Under the pieces are notes generated by a model. It was not told where the DNA came from. It worked only from the letters and a program-made list of their open reading frames with translations, and did not search any database. Shown in pieces: positions 23,315 through 33,113 of a DNA stretch of 64,000 bases. A program made the translations under genes and the position numbers. Source of the DNA: an uncultured Gemmatimonadales bacterium (GTDB lineage Bacteria > Gemmatimonadota > Gemmatimonadetes > Gemmatimonadales > GWC2-71-9). The stretch is from contig CAWJIM010000020.1 of assembly GCA_963842945.1 (NCBI GenBank), forward strand, positions 1 to 64,000, read 5' to 3'. The first letter of the stretch is position 1, and each line of letters starts with the position of its first letter.

Positions 23315-25512
23315 TGTCCTGGCTCCTCATGCGGGACCATCCGCCGTCCGGACGAGTCCACGATCACGTCGTACCGTTTGCCTCTGGAGAGCACGTTGCG
23401 CAACGTGAGCCGCTTAATGTGCGACGGCAGCACCGGATCGAACGCAGGCTCCAGACCCTTCTCGCCCCAGCGTAGCCCGGTGTACCCGTAGAGCACCTGC
23501 TGCAGGAACCCACCGGCTCCGGTCACGAAGTTCACCGCATCTTTCTTGTCAGGAGTCTCGGAGAGCATCAGGAACGGGCCCTGCAGCCAGCTCCGATAGC
23601 TGTGGGGCAGCAGGGAATCGACCAGGGCCCGGTCGCCCAGCTCCGCCGCATCGACCGAGAGCAGCGTGGAGCCCATCATGGCGCCGGGGCCCTCGGTGAG
23701 GAGACTCCGAACCGCCTGTTCCAGCTGGGAGCGCTTTGCCCGCTCGCTCATCTCGACGCCGAGGGGATAGCTCAAGAGCGGAGTGACATCGCCCAGGGTC
23801 GAGTCGGGAGCGCCCTCGTAGGTGCGGAAGTACTGGCTGGCGGAGTCGTACGGCAGGTGCAGCTTGCCGGCTACCTCGCTCCAGCGCGGGTCGGCCGGAG
23901 CGCCCACCCGTCGGCTCGCCTGCCCGGCAATCTGCAGGTTTAGCCGAGCCACCGCGTTGGTGTAGGCGTCGTCGCTCACGCCAATCAATCCTTCCGATAC
24001 GGAGACCACGTTTCGAATGTGGTAGCGGCCGCCCGCCGAGTCGTAGCTGGCGCGGCTGACCCAGAAATCGGCCGTTGCCCGGATTACCGGGAGGCCCTCG
24101 CGGGCGAGCCAGGCGGAGTCGCCGGTGGCCAGATAGTACTGCCACTGGGCGAGGGCGACGTCGCCGTTGACGTGAATCTCCGAGTGCGCGTTCTGCACCG
24201 CGAAGAAGGGCGTGGTCTCCCGGCCCTGCTCGTCGGCTTCCCAGGGGTACTGCGCGCCGCGGAACTTGTTGGTCTTGGCGTTGGCCTGTGCAGCCGGCAG
24301 GGTTCGGGCACGAAAGGCCACCAGCGAGTGAGCGATATCCGGATGGGTGATCAGAAGCGACGGAAACATCCAGGTGTCTGAGTCCCAGAAGACGTGGCCG
24401 TAGTACCCCGCGCTGGAGAGACCCATCGGGCCGATCCCCATCCTGGTGCCGGAGTCGGCGCTGCAGAGGAGATAGAACAGCATGGACCGGACGACCCGCT
24501 GCAGGCCGGGGTCGCCGTCGATCTCGATGTCGCTCTTCCAGCGACGGGCCCACGCGTCCGCATTCTCTTTCGCGAGAGCTTGGAACCCTCGTTTCAGACC
24601 GGCCTGGGCCTCGTTGCCGGCGCGGCTGACCTGGTTAGCCTCGGTGGGTGACGCGATGACGCTGGAGACCTGGAGAAAGCTGTAAGTCCGGCCCTGGGTG
24701 GCGTCGAAGGTCAGCTCCACCAGCGCAGTGTCGCCCGAGGCGGTGGTACGAACGGTTGCGTTCTCCAGCTCTCGGGGCCAACTCAGCTCCAGCGCCTGAG
24801 CGAGCAGGGTGGAGCGTCCCTCGGGCAGCGACGACATCGTGAGCCGGGCGCCGCTGGCAGTCCGGGTGACCTGGCGGGAGCGAACGATCATATGGCCTGG
24901 ATACCAGATGTCGTTGGGCCCCCAGCTCGGATCGGCCTTGCGGAGCGTGCCTAGCGCCAGGCGCTTGGGCGGCGGCCATCCGGTGAGCGCGAAACGCACC
25001 CCGACACGTCCGGTATACTCCGGCTTCAAATCCAGTCGGGCCACTGCCAGAGAGGGAGCCGCCCGCGAAAGGAAGGTCTGTGCCCGGACGGCCATTCGCC
25101 GGGAGCCGGACCCCCAGCCGTAGCTGGTGAGCGCCGTACCGGTGCGCATGTCGATCGTCTGTCGATAGTCCTTGACCGCGGTCGTGGGGTTCGAGTCGGC
25201 GGCGAGCCAGGCGCTGCCGTTGTTCAGACCGAGCGCTCCCCAGGCGGGAATCACCACGATCCGCGGAACATCGCTGGGAGCCTCCTCGAACAGCGCAGTC
25301 AAGTAGGCCGGAGCGGGACCAAGCCCCAGCGCCGGCACCACCATTCCCAGGTGACCGTTGCCGATGAAGGGCGAGGGCCGGCGCGCCGGATCGTTACTCT
25401 GGAGCAGGAAGGTGCTGTCCGGCGACTGCGGAGGACTCGCCTGCGCCGCGAGGCCGGAGGCGAGGAACAGTTGGGCCCAGGACAGCGCCACAAGGCCCAG
25501 TGGTAGGTTCAT
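23311..25512 (-). CDS. GH65-like glycoside hydrolase (acid-trehalase/PGGHG-type), secreted
   Basis: FIGNGHLG, GLSSAGYYGHVFWDSDTWMFP, GAQYPWE, EIHVNGDVA, NFVTGAGGFLQQVLYGYTG. Confidence 0.85.
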   Translation of the reverse strand: MNLPLGLVALSWAQLFLASGLAAQASPPQSPDSTFLLQSNDPARRPSPFIGNGHLGMVVPALGLGPAPAYLTALFEEAPSDVPRIVVIPAWGALGLNNGSAWLAADSNPTTAVKDYRQTIDMRTGTALTSYGWGSGSRRMAVRAQTFLSRAAPSLAVARLDLKPEYTGRVGVRFALTGWPPPKRLALGTLRKADPSWGPNDIWYPGHMIVRSRQVTRTASGARLTMSSLPEGRSTLLAQALELSWPRELENATVRTTASGDTALVELTFDATQGRTYSFLQVSSVIASPTEANQVSRAGNEAQAGLKRGFQALAKENADAWARRWKSDIEIDGDPGLQRVVRSMLFYLLCSADSGTRMGIGPMGLSSAGYYGHVFWDSDTWMFPSLLITHPDIAHSLVAFRARTLPAAQANAKTNKFRGAQYPWEADEQGRETTPFFAVQNAHSEIHVNGDVALAQWQYYLATGDSAWLAREGLPVIRATADFWVSRASYDSAGGRYHIRNVVSVSEGLIGVSDDAYTNAVARLNLQIAGQASRRVGAPADPRWSEVAGKLHLPYDSASQYFRTYEGAPDSTLGDVTPLLSYPLGVEMSERAKRSQLEQAVRSLLTEGPGAMMGSTLLSVDAAELGDRALVDSLLPHSYRSWLQGPFLMLSETPDKKDAVNFVTGAGGFLQQVLYGYTGLRWGEKGLEPAFDPVLPSHIKRLTLRNVLSRGKRYDVIVDSSGRRMVPHEEPGQ

Positions 25513-25531
25513 TTCTCGATCCTATAGCAGA

Positions 25532-25564
25532 CGGCGGCGGGTCCAACTCTTGGGCCCGCCGCCG
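25532..25564. terminator. Strong hairpin between the TonB receptor and GH65 genes
   Basis: cggcggcgggtccaa-ctc-ttgggcccgccgccg; no long T tail, so it may be a stabilising stem. Confidence 0.5.
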
Positions 25565-25588
25565 GTACTTGGTCAATCCAACAACGAT

Positions 25589-28299
25589 TTACCGCGGTTC
25601 TTGCGGCAGCTGCCCTCCTCCGAAATCATACGCAATGGAGGCCTGCAGCCGGCGTGGCAGCAAGGGCCGGGCAAGGAAGAGCGGAGATGCACCCGGGGTT
25701 GCAACTCGCGGATTGCCTTCTTCCAGGCCCTTGCTCTGGAAGGCGTTCAGCAGATCCACGTTGAACCTGGCTCCGCCCACAATGGCGAACCCGGCGCCGA
25801 AGTTGAAGTAATTGTACGCCGGCAGCGCGATGCCCGGCGCCCGCCGGACGCTCTGCCACGTAGTGCCAGTCGGCCTTGAACGAAAGGCCGGTCCGCCGGG
25901 GCGAAAAGAAGACTGCCAGATTGCCCAGCGAAGTCGGAACCCCGTTGAGCCGGCTTCCGATGTCGGTCCCACCTCCGGCTCCCACCTCGGCCTTGAGGAT
26001 GGTGGTGCTGCCGACGATCTGCAGTCCCTCGAGCGGGCTGATGGTTGCCTCCACCTCCGCTCCATAGGACTTGGTCTCCGCACCGGGAACTATGATCCAC
26101 GTAGTGGCTCCGGTGACAGTAGTCGACCACGGCTCCCTGGCTCACGACGTTCTTGAGCTTGGTCCAGAACCCATTCACCGTTATGCCCAGGCCGCGGTTG
26201 GCGTATTTGACACCGCCTTCGACTGACTTGGACTTCCCGCGAGTCGAAGAGGTCCACCTGCTCCTGCGCCGCTGCGTTCAGGAACTCGTCCAGTGCCGGC
26301 ATCTTGTACCCGCGGTTGCCGGTTCCGTACAGGGCGAACTGATCGTTCAGCCGGTAGTTGAGGCCGACCGAGGCCGACCAGTCGCTGATTTCCCGGTTAA
26401 AGTGACGGAAGCTCCCGTTCCCGAACAACTCGTTATCGTAGGTCGTGGTGGAGTCGCCATCGAGGTCCACTCGGGTGGTGTTTTCCGAGCTCTGCACGAA
26501 GTTGTTATACTCGCCCCGGACGCCGAGATCGGCCCGGAGCCGCTCGGTGAGCTGCAGCTCCCCGCCAATCACGGCTGAAGACACAGACGCATACCCGTGT
26601 CCGTTGACGTAGTTGTCCAGGAAGTTGCGGAACCCGTTCTTGGTGACCGAATCGGTCCCGTTGACTACCAGGTCGAGGAAACGCGGGTTGTCTCGGACAT
26701 CCATCAGCACATTGGTAAAGAACCAGTGGTTGTCCTGCGAGTAGTTGGCCACATAAGCGCCCAGGTTGACAGCGAGCTTTTGCCGAAGCTTCTCCTCAGC
26801 GAGAGCTGGTCCTGAACTGCCGAGATCGGCTTGTCGATATGCCACTCGCCACTGGGCGCGACCAGGCCGTTCGGGGTATCGAAGGGAAGCTTAGCGCCGG
26901 TTGGGTCATCGTGATTGGTGAAGAAGTACTGACCCGTGCTGCCGGCCGGCTTTCCCAGCCCGCCACTGACCCGGCCGTAGCGGTGATGTAGTCCGCTGCG
27001 GTGAACACCTGGAAGGGCAACAGCGCGTTCCACTGCTGGGCGTTGTGCATGACCTGGGCGGAGTTCTCCAGGTGCCACTTCTCACTGACGGTCGAACGAC
27101 ACCGTCGCAGTAAGCCAGGTGGCCACCGTCCGAAGCCCGTTATCGAGGGGCAGCGTCAGATCGCCCGTCGGGATGCGGCACCCGCTGATCCAGCCCTTCA
27201 GCCGTATTCATCGAGACATAGTCGGTGAGGCCCGGGACATACTGCGGGTCGAGGGCGTTGGTGAAGGGAAGATCGAGGACGAACTGGTTCCGGTCATTGA
27301 GGTGCTTGACCGAGACCCGGACGTATCCGTTGTCAAGATTCCGGGTGACGCTCGCCTTGAGCTGACCGCCCGCGAATGCCAGGGAAGCCCGGATCGCGCA
27401 CGCCGTGATCGTAGCGATAGAATCCCCCGACATTGAACCGCCAATCGTCGCCGATGGGCCCGTTCATGTTGAGGTCATAGCGGGCCAGGCCCTGGGTGGC
27501 GCCGGTGGCGCGTCATGGTGCCGCCGAAGACGTCGCCGCCACTCTTGTTGATGAAGTTCACAATGGCGCCAGGCGTGTTGGACCCGAACAGCGGTGAGCT
27601 GCCGCCGCGCACGACTTCCATCCGCTCGATGTTATTGTCGAAGCGGAACAGGTTGTCCGCGTTCATGAAGAAGGTGTGCATGGTGGGAAATACCGGGAGC
27701 CCATCCTCCAGGAATGCTCACGTACTCGACCCCCAGAATGCCCCGCATGCTGATGTTCTCGTTGACTTCTCCGCCGGAGCTCTCGACCCGGGTGAAACCC
27801 CGGGACGACGCGGAGCATCTCCGTGGTGCTCCTCGGCGCCGCCGCGGCTGATCTCGGTGGCCGTCAGCGTGGTGACCGCAACGCTGGCGTCCAGATTCAC
27901 CCGCGGACGTCTGGGTTCCGGTCACGACCAGGGTTTGCAGTTGGAGCGGATCGTGCCGCAGGGTGAAGTCGGCGGTTGCCTGGGCGTCGGCCGAAACCGT
28001 GACGCTGGTCGACTCGGGCTTGAACCCCAGCAGCCGCGCGTGGAGCGTGTAACTGCCGGGGGAACCCGGCTCAGGGTGTAACCCCCATCCGTCCGGCTCT
28101 GAGTGCCGAGGGCGGGTCGGTCGAGGTAAATCTGCGCATTCGCGACGCCGGTCCCGTTCTCATCCACCACCCGCCCGGCAATGCTGCCGGTAGCTGCGGG
28201 CTGTTGGGCTGAAATAGAGATGGGGAAGAGAAGCGGAAGAGCGAGTGCGAGTGCGGAAACGAGACCAGCGAGACGTGAACATAGGGTCATAGACAGCAT
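25589..28299 (-). CDS. TonB-dependent receptor with N-terminal carboxypeptidase-regulatory-like domain (many frameshifts)
   Basis: Signal peptide; GSIAGRVVDENG; plug motif IERMEVVRGGSSPLFGSNTPGAIVNFI; C-terminus ARPLLPRRLQASIAYDF. Confidence 0.88.
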
Positions 28300-28472
28300 T
28301 CCTCCGTCCGTTCATTGGTTCACCGGCCGGCATACCTCATGGGCGTACTCCGAGCCCTCCCCGCGGGGTCTGGAAACCTGGAGCGAATTGTCGGAACCTG
28401 CAGAGTCAGACAAGGGTGGCTCAGTGCAGAAGTCTGCCGAAGGGACGCCCACGAACCTCGCGGCCCCGTGCC

Positions 28473-28501
28473 ATACTGTCACCGAAATGGTTTTACGTCA
28501 A
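28473..28501 (-). promoter_or_regulatory. Putative sigma70 promoter for the TonB-receptor operon
   Basis: Minus strand TTGACG, 17 bp, CAGTAT, ~170 nt upstream of the ATG. Confidence 0.4.
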
Positions 28502-28531
28502 CTGCCCCCCGCCGTGGGCGGAATTGCCTAC

Positions 28532-29261
28532 TCAGCGCAGGAAGTACTGCACGGTAGAGACTACCCGGACGATCTTCTGGAGCTGGGCTCCCTCATTCAC
28601 TCCGGGCGCTTGGTCCCGCGGCATGTATCACGAAAATCCCCTGGCTGGCCTGCCGAATGCTGCCCAGCTCGCTCCGTGAATCCGCGGCGAACTGTTCGGC
28701 CGCCGCCCGGGCATTGGCGGTGGCTTCCTTGACCATCGAGGGCTTGAGCTGGTTGAGCCGGGTGAAGATGAACGTGGGGCCGCCGATCCCGTATTCCCCG
28801 CTGGAGGAGAGAACCACTCCGGCACCGACCAGTTCGCTGACCCGCTGGCTGGCAGCCATGACCACCTCCGGTTTTCCGGATCGGACCATCACCGTTTGCT
28901 GAATGACGTAACGGGGCCCGGCGCGCTCTCCCGGAAACCGGTTCGCGAAGGCATCGGAGACCTCCAGCGCCTGCAGCTGCACTGCGGTGGTATCGATCCC
29001 GTTCCGGCTGAGAAAGGCAAAGACCTGGCGGGTATTGCGGGTGATCTGCGCCTGAGCTGCGGTGAGGTCGTTGCCGGTGCTCACGTAGCGCAACGGCCAT
29101 AGCGCCAGATCGGCGGTAACCTCTCGCTCCGCCAGGCCCTTCACCTCGACATATCGATCGGAAGCCCGCCCACTGGCGAATCCATGGCCGATGAACCACC
29201 CGCCGAGCGACAACCCCAGCGCTACCAGCACGGCAGAGGCGAGCGAGCGATCGGATGTCAT
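28532..29261 (-). CDS. SIMPL (DUF541) domain protein (frameshift ~28625)
   Basis: VEVKGLAEREVTADLALWPL; EATANARAAAEQFAADS; ends KIVRVVSTVQYFLR. Confidence 0.88.
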
Positions 29262-29375
29262 GCTCGACAATCTCCTTTCTCGTTGCCTCGACCGCCAGCA
29301 AGCCGGCGGAGTGCGGTTTCGTGTGTCTTGCGGCAGAGGATTCTCGTCCCCGATGGAAACACCCACGACGCCGGC

Positions 29376-30129
29376 ATGCTCTCACGCTTCCTCACAGCCC
29401 TATCAGTCCTTGCCGCCTGCGCCGGGGGCAATCCTCCGGCGGGCACCCGAGCCCGGCGGCGGGTTTCGCGTGCTGTTCATCGGCAACAGCCTCACGGCCA
29501 GCAATGACCTTCCCGGAACGGTTGCGCACCTCGCCGCCTCGGTGAACGACACGGTCATGGCCGAAGCCGTCACCCGGCCCAACTTCGCCGTGATCGACCA
29601 CGTCAACGGCATGAGCGACGCGGTCGACGTGGTGCGCCGAGGCGGCTGGGACTTCGTGGTGCTGCAACAGGGGCCCACCAGCCAGCAGCTGGGTCGGGAT
29701 ACGCTGATCCTGGCCGCAGAGCTGCTCGATCCAGACGTGCGCGCGGGTGGAGGCCGCATCGCGCAGTTGATGGTCTGGCCCGCGGCGCCCGATCGGGCGG
29801 TATTCGATGGTGTCTTGCAATCCTGTCTGGAGACGGCGCGAGCGGTTGACGGGGACTGTTTCCCGGCGGGGGAGGCCTGGCGCGCGGCCTGGTCGGTGGA
29901 TCCCGCCCTCCCGTTGTACGGACCCGACGGTTTTCACCCGGCCCCGCTGGGCACCTATCTCGCCGCGCTGGTGGTATACGAAGGGATCACCGGGCACGAC
30001 TCGCGGCTGCTTCCGCAGGAGGCGGTAGTGCAGGGGCAAACCCTGCCGGTGGCCGGCGGCACCGTCACCCTGCTCCAGCGCATTGCTCACGAGACGGTGC
30101 TCAGAATCAACGCGCAGATGGGCCGATGA
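29376..30129 (+). CDS. SGNH/GDSL hydrolase-like lipoprotein (frameshift ~29445)
   Basis: LAAC lipobox; RVLFIGNSLT, WDFVVLQQG, DGFHP. Confidence 0.82.
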
Positions 30130-31054
30130 CCGGCAGATTGCTCTCGATGGCAGACCGGTTCTTTTCCTCCCAGGGCGGAAGCTTGAGCTCCTGCCCCAGT
30201 GCCGCGAGTGGCTCGTCCACGGAGAATCCGGGAGCCACTGTGGCCGCCTCGAACAGCACGCCTCCCGGCTCGCGGAAATAGATCGAACGGAAATATTGCC
30301 GGTCCAGCACGTCGGTAACGGGAATGCCTCGGGAGATCAGCTCCTGCCGGAGCCGCCTCTGCTGGTCTTCATCGGCAATGGCCAGCGCGACGTGGTGCAC
30401 GGTGCCTATCCCGTTCCGTGCTGGAGGATGTCCGCCACCAAAACTCAATTCCAGGGCGTGACCCGGCAGGTCCCCATTCACCGCCAACCGCACCATGTCC
30501 TGGCCCTCGCCCACCACCTCGAAACCCAGGAACTCCCGGGCGAAGCTCACGCTCGGGCCGGGAGCCGCCAGCGTAAGCGTCACACTATGCAGACCCCTGA
30601 CCGCCATGTCGGCGGAAAGGCCGTTCCCGGTCCAGGGTGCACGGTTGTCTCCCGCGGTTTCGATCAAACGGATCCGAAGCCCCGAAGGATCGGTGGCGAC
30701 GATCGCTTTTCCCGTGGTGGCATCATCCTCCTGAACCGGCTGGTCGCTCTCTTGTAGCCGGAGCATCCACTGCCCAAGGGATCCCTCCGGCACCGAAAAC
30801 GAAGTGGTGGTGATCTGACCGGCGCCATGCCGGCCGGGCGGCACGCCCCAGCCGGCGTAAGGGAAGGTGGTCCAGATGGTTCCCGGCGTGCCCCGCTCGT
30901 CTCCATAGTAGAAGTGGTAGACGTTGTGGTTGTCGAAGTTCACCGTCTTCTTCACCAGCCGAAGACCGAGAGCGCTGCGGTAGAAATCGAGGTCGGGCTG
31001 GGCCTCACCTACGGTGGCGGTGACATGGTGCAGGCCCAGAATAGGTTGTTGCAC
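30107..31054 (-). CDS. Ring-cleaving dioxygenase / VOC family (MhqO-like)
   Basis: GLHHVTA, VKKTVNFD, YHFYYGD, VHHVA, DRQYFRSIYFREPGGVLFE. Confidence 0.92.
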   Translation of the reverse strand: MQQPILGLHHVTATVGEAQPDLDFYRSALGLRLVKKTVNFDNHNVYHFYYGDERGTPGTIWTTFPYAGWGVPPGRHGAGQITTTSFSVPEGSLGQWMLRLQESDQPVQEDDATTGKAIVATDPSGLRIRLIETAGDNRAPWTGNGLSADMAVRGLHSVTLTLAAPGPSVSFAREFLGFEVVGEGQDMVRLAVNGDLPGHALELSFGGGHPPARNGIGTVHHVALAIADEDQQRRLRQELISRGIPVTDVLDRQYFRSIYFREPGGVLFEAATVAPGFSVDEPLAALGQELKLPPWEEKNRSAIESNLPVIGPSAR

Positions 31055-31066
31055 GATGACTTCAGC

Positions 31067-31487
31067 TTACTCCGTCCGGGTGAAGACGATCTCGACCGCA
31101 ATATTACCCGTGAAGGTATGGTTACCCCGAAGCTGGTTGGGCTCCACGGTGAGAGTGATGTCCTCGAACAAGATGTCCTGATCCAGACTCAGGGTGACAG
31201 TGGTGCCGCTCAGGCTCCATGCTCCGGTCAGATCGGTGTCGAGATCGCTTCCGTCCTCCGCGCCGTGGGGAGCGAAGAGGTGTCCGGTGGCGGTGCCATC
31301 GGCCGCAAGAATGAGCTCCGCGGTCACGCCGAGGGCAAGATGATCCAGGGTGATCCCGTTCTGGGTCTCCTTGAGGGTGGTGAGTTGATAGGTTCCAGCC
31401 GTGGTGTCAACGCGTCGGGTTGAAGCTGTCGTCCCCCCCGCAGGAGAGCAGGAGCACCCCAGCCAGAACCCAGCGCTTTCGCAGCAT
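31067..31487 (-). CDS. Hypothetical lipoprotein (frameshift ~31412)
   Basis: GGAGG SD; MLRKRWVLAGVLLLSC lipobox followed by a beta-rich domain (AGTYQLTT...GAWSLSG). Confidence 0.6.
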
Positions 31488-31698
31488 TGTACCTCCTTTG
31501 TAACGAACACCCGGAGTGCCAGGCGGTGCAGCGGCTCCGATGCGATCTGCTTACGCTGGCTGCCGCCGTCACTTCCGAGCCCGGCCCCGCCGGGTGACCG
31601 ATTCCGAGTGTCCCAATCCTCGTCGCGAACAACTTTCGAACACTTGAGTGGCCTTCTGGCACGGGCCATACTGCCGTCACGTCTTCGAGAGGAGCGCC

Positions 31699-32616
31699 AT
31701 GTTCCCCGCTATCTGTCGTGGCAGGGCGCTGAGATCGTATGGACTTGCGGCAGTGACGCTACTGTCCGCGTGCGCCTCTACAGGCCCTGGAACACCCGCC
31801 TCGTTCGCAACGCCCGGGATGATGCCCGCGCGGGTGCCGGCGGCTGCTCCGCGGGTGCCAGCGGCTGCCCGGCGAGTGCCGGTGACTGCCCCGCGGGTGT
31901 CGGCGGCTGTCCCGAAGGCGAGCGTCCGTAAGCCTCGCCCGGTGGCGCCAGCTCACCCGCGTACTGCCAAGGACAGCGCGGCCATGGAATCGGCGGTGAC
32001 CAGGCGACTGGCGCACCGGCCGTTGGCGACTGCCTTGGCCCGGCGCATACGTAGCCCCGAGCTGGCGGAGCGAGTGGCCTCGGCTGTGGTCTATGAAGCC
32101 GGTCGAGCCCACATCAGCCCGAGCGTGCTTGCGGCCGTGCTCCTGATCGAGAACGCGCCGTTCGATACCAGCGCGGTCAGCAGCGAGGGCGCCATCGGCC
32201 TGATGCAGGTGATGCCGATGCACGTCGGGAACTATCGCTGCCTCTCGGGCGACCTCCTGAACGTAGAGGCCAACATCTGCCATGGCGCTCGCCTGCTGCA
32301 GATGCATGTGCGCCGAACCAAGTCGCTCGAGGCTGCCCTTCGGCGCTATAACGGATGCGTCCGCGGCCGCAACACCCCGCGGTGCCAGCGGTATCCGGTG
32401 CGGGTGATGCGCACGGCCTCGCGGCTCCGCCGGGAAATTCTGGTGGCGGGTGCCAAGCTGTCCGACCAGTCCGACGATGAACCGGAGGATGCGGCCGCGC
32501 GCCTGGATGCGCTTCCGCCGGATCTCCCGGACAGCACGGCCGTGGCTTCGAATGAGCCGGCCCGCTGCGACTCCTTCCTGGGCTGCCTCCGCGACCGCTG
32601 GAGCCGCACTCGCTAG
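31699..32616 (+). CDS. Lytic transglycosylase (SLT domain) lipoprotein
   Basis: LSAC lipobox; AVLLIEN, SSEGAIGLMQVMP, NICHGA, ALRRYNG. Confidence 0.88.
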   Translation: MFPAICRGRALRSYGLAAVTLLSACASTGPGTPASFATPGMMPARVPAAAPRVPAAARRVPVTAPRVSAAVPKASVRKPRPVAPAHPRTAKDSAAMESAVTRRLAHRPLATALARRIRSPELAERVASAVVYEAGRAHISPSVLAAVLLIENAPFDTSAVSSEGAIGLMQVMPMHVGNYRCLSGDLLNVEANICHGARLLQMHVRRTKSLEAALRRYNGCVRGRNTPRCQRYPVRVMRTASRLRREILVAGAKLSDQSDDEPEDAAARLDALPPDLPDSTAVASNEPARCDSFLGCLRDRWSRTR

Positions 32617-33096
32617 GTTGGGTGCTGCTCCAATTCCTTCCTGAGCTCGGCTGTTAGCGCTTCCACGGCGGCAGGCCGCCCGTGGAAGGCTGCCGGTGTG
32701 CTTTGAAACAGCTCCACTCTCCAGTGGTTGCCCTCAAATACGCCGACGAGCGTGTGAATAGTATTGACTGCGGGGTTCAGGTCGGCTGTGCCCGGCGGCA
32801 CCATTCCGGCAACGGCTCGCAGGAGCACCACGCCGGGAGCCAGCACGCGAACCTGCGCGCACCTTCCCGATGTAGGCCGCCGTGGGATGGCTGCGAAATA
32901 CCTCGCTCAAGTGTTCCTCAATATTTTCCTGCCCATCGATCGGACTTCCGTCGAAACCCACCATGTTGCCGTTCCGGCTGAAAAGCCGGGCAAACTCAGC
33001 GGCGTCGCGCTGGTTCCAGCAGCGCAGAACCTCCCCGTACAGCTCACGGGCGGCGCGCTCGGCAGCGGGGGCCTGAGTGAGCGGCTGATTCGGCAT
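32613..33096 (-). CDS. SgcJ/EcaC (NTF2-like, DUF4440) protein (frameshift ~32850)
   Basis: WNQRDAAEFARLF, VGFDGS, HPTAAY, AGMVPPG, FQSTPAAFHGRP. Confidence 0.85.
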
Positions 33097-33113
33097 AGTC
33101 TCTCCGCAGGCAG

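Noticed and set aside
21449..23491. Long antisense ORFs (also 13794-15080, 45341-46540, 54809-56047 and others)
   Set aside because: Shadow ORFs opposite well-supported genes, as expected at high GC.
31657..31675. Sigma54 promoter (TGGCACG) upstream of the transglycosylase
   Set aside because: No TTGC at the required -12 spacing.
31825..31915. RVP-A-A repeats in the transglycosylase N-terminus
   Set aside because: Short degenerate low-complexity linker with no sign of a separate element.
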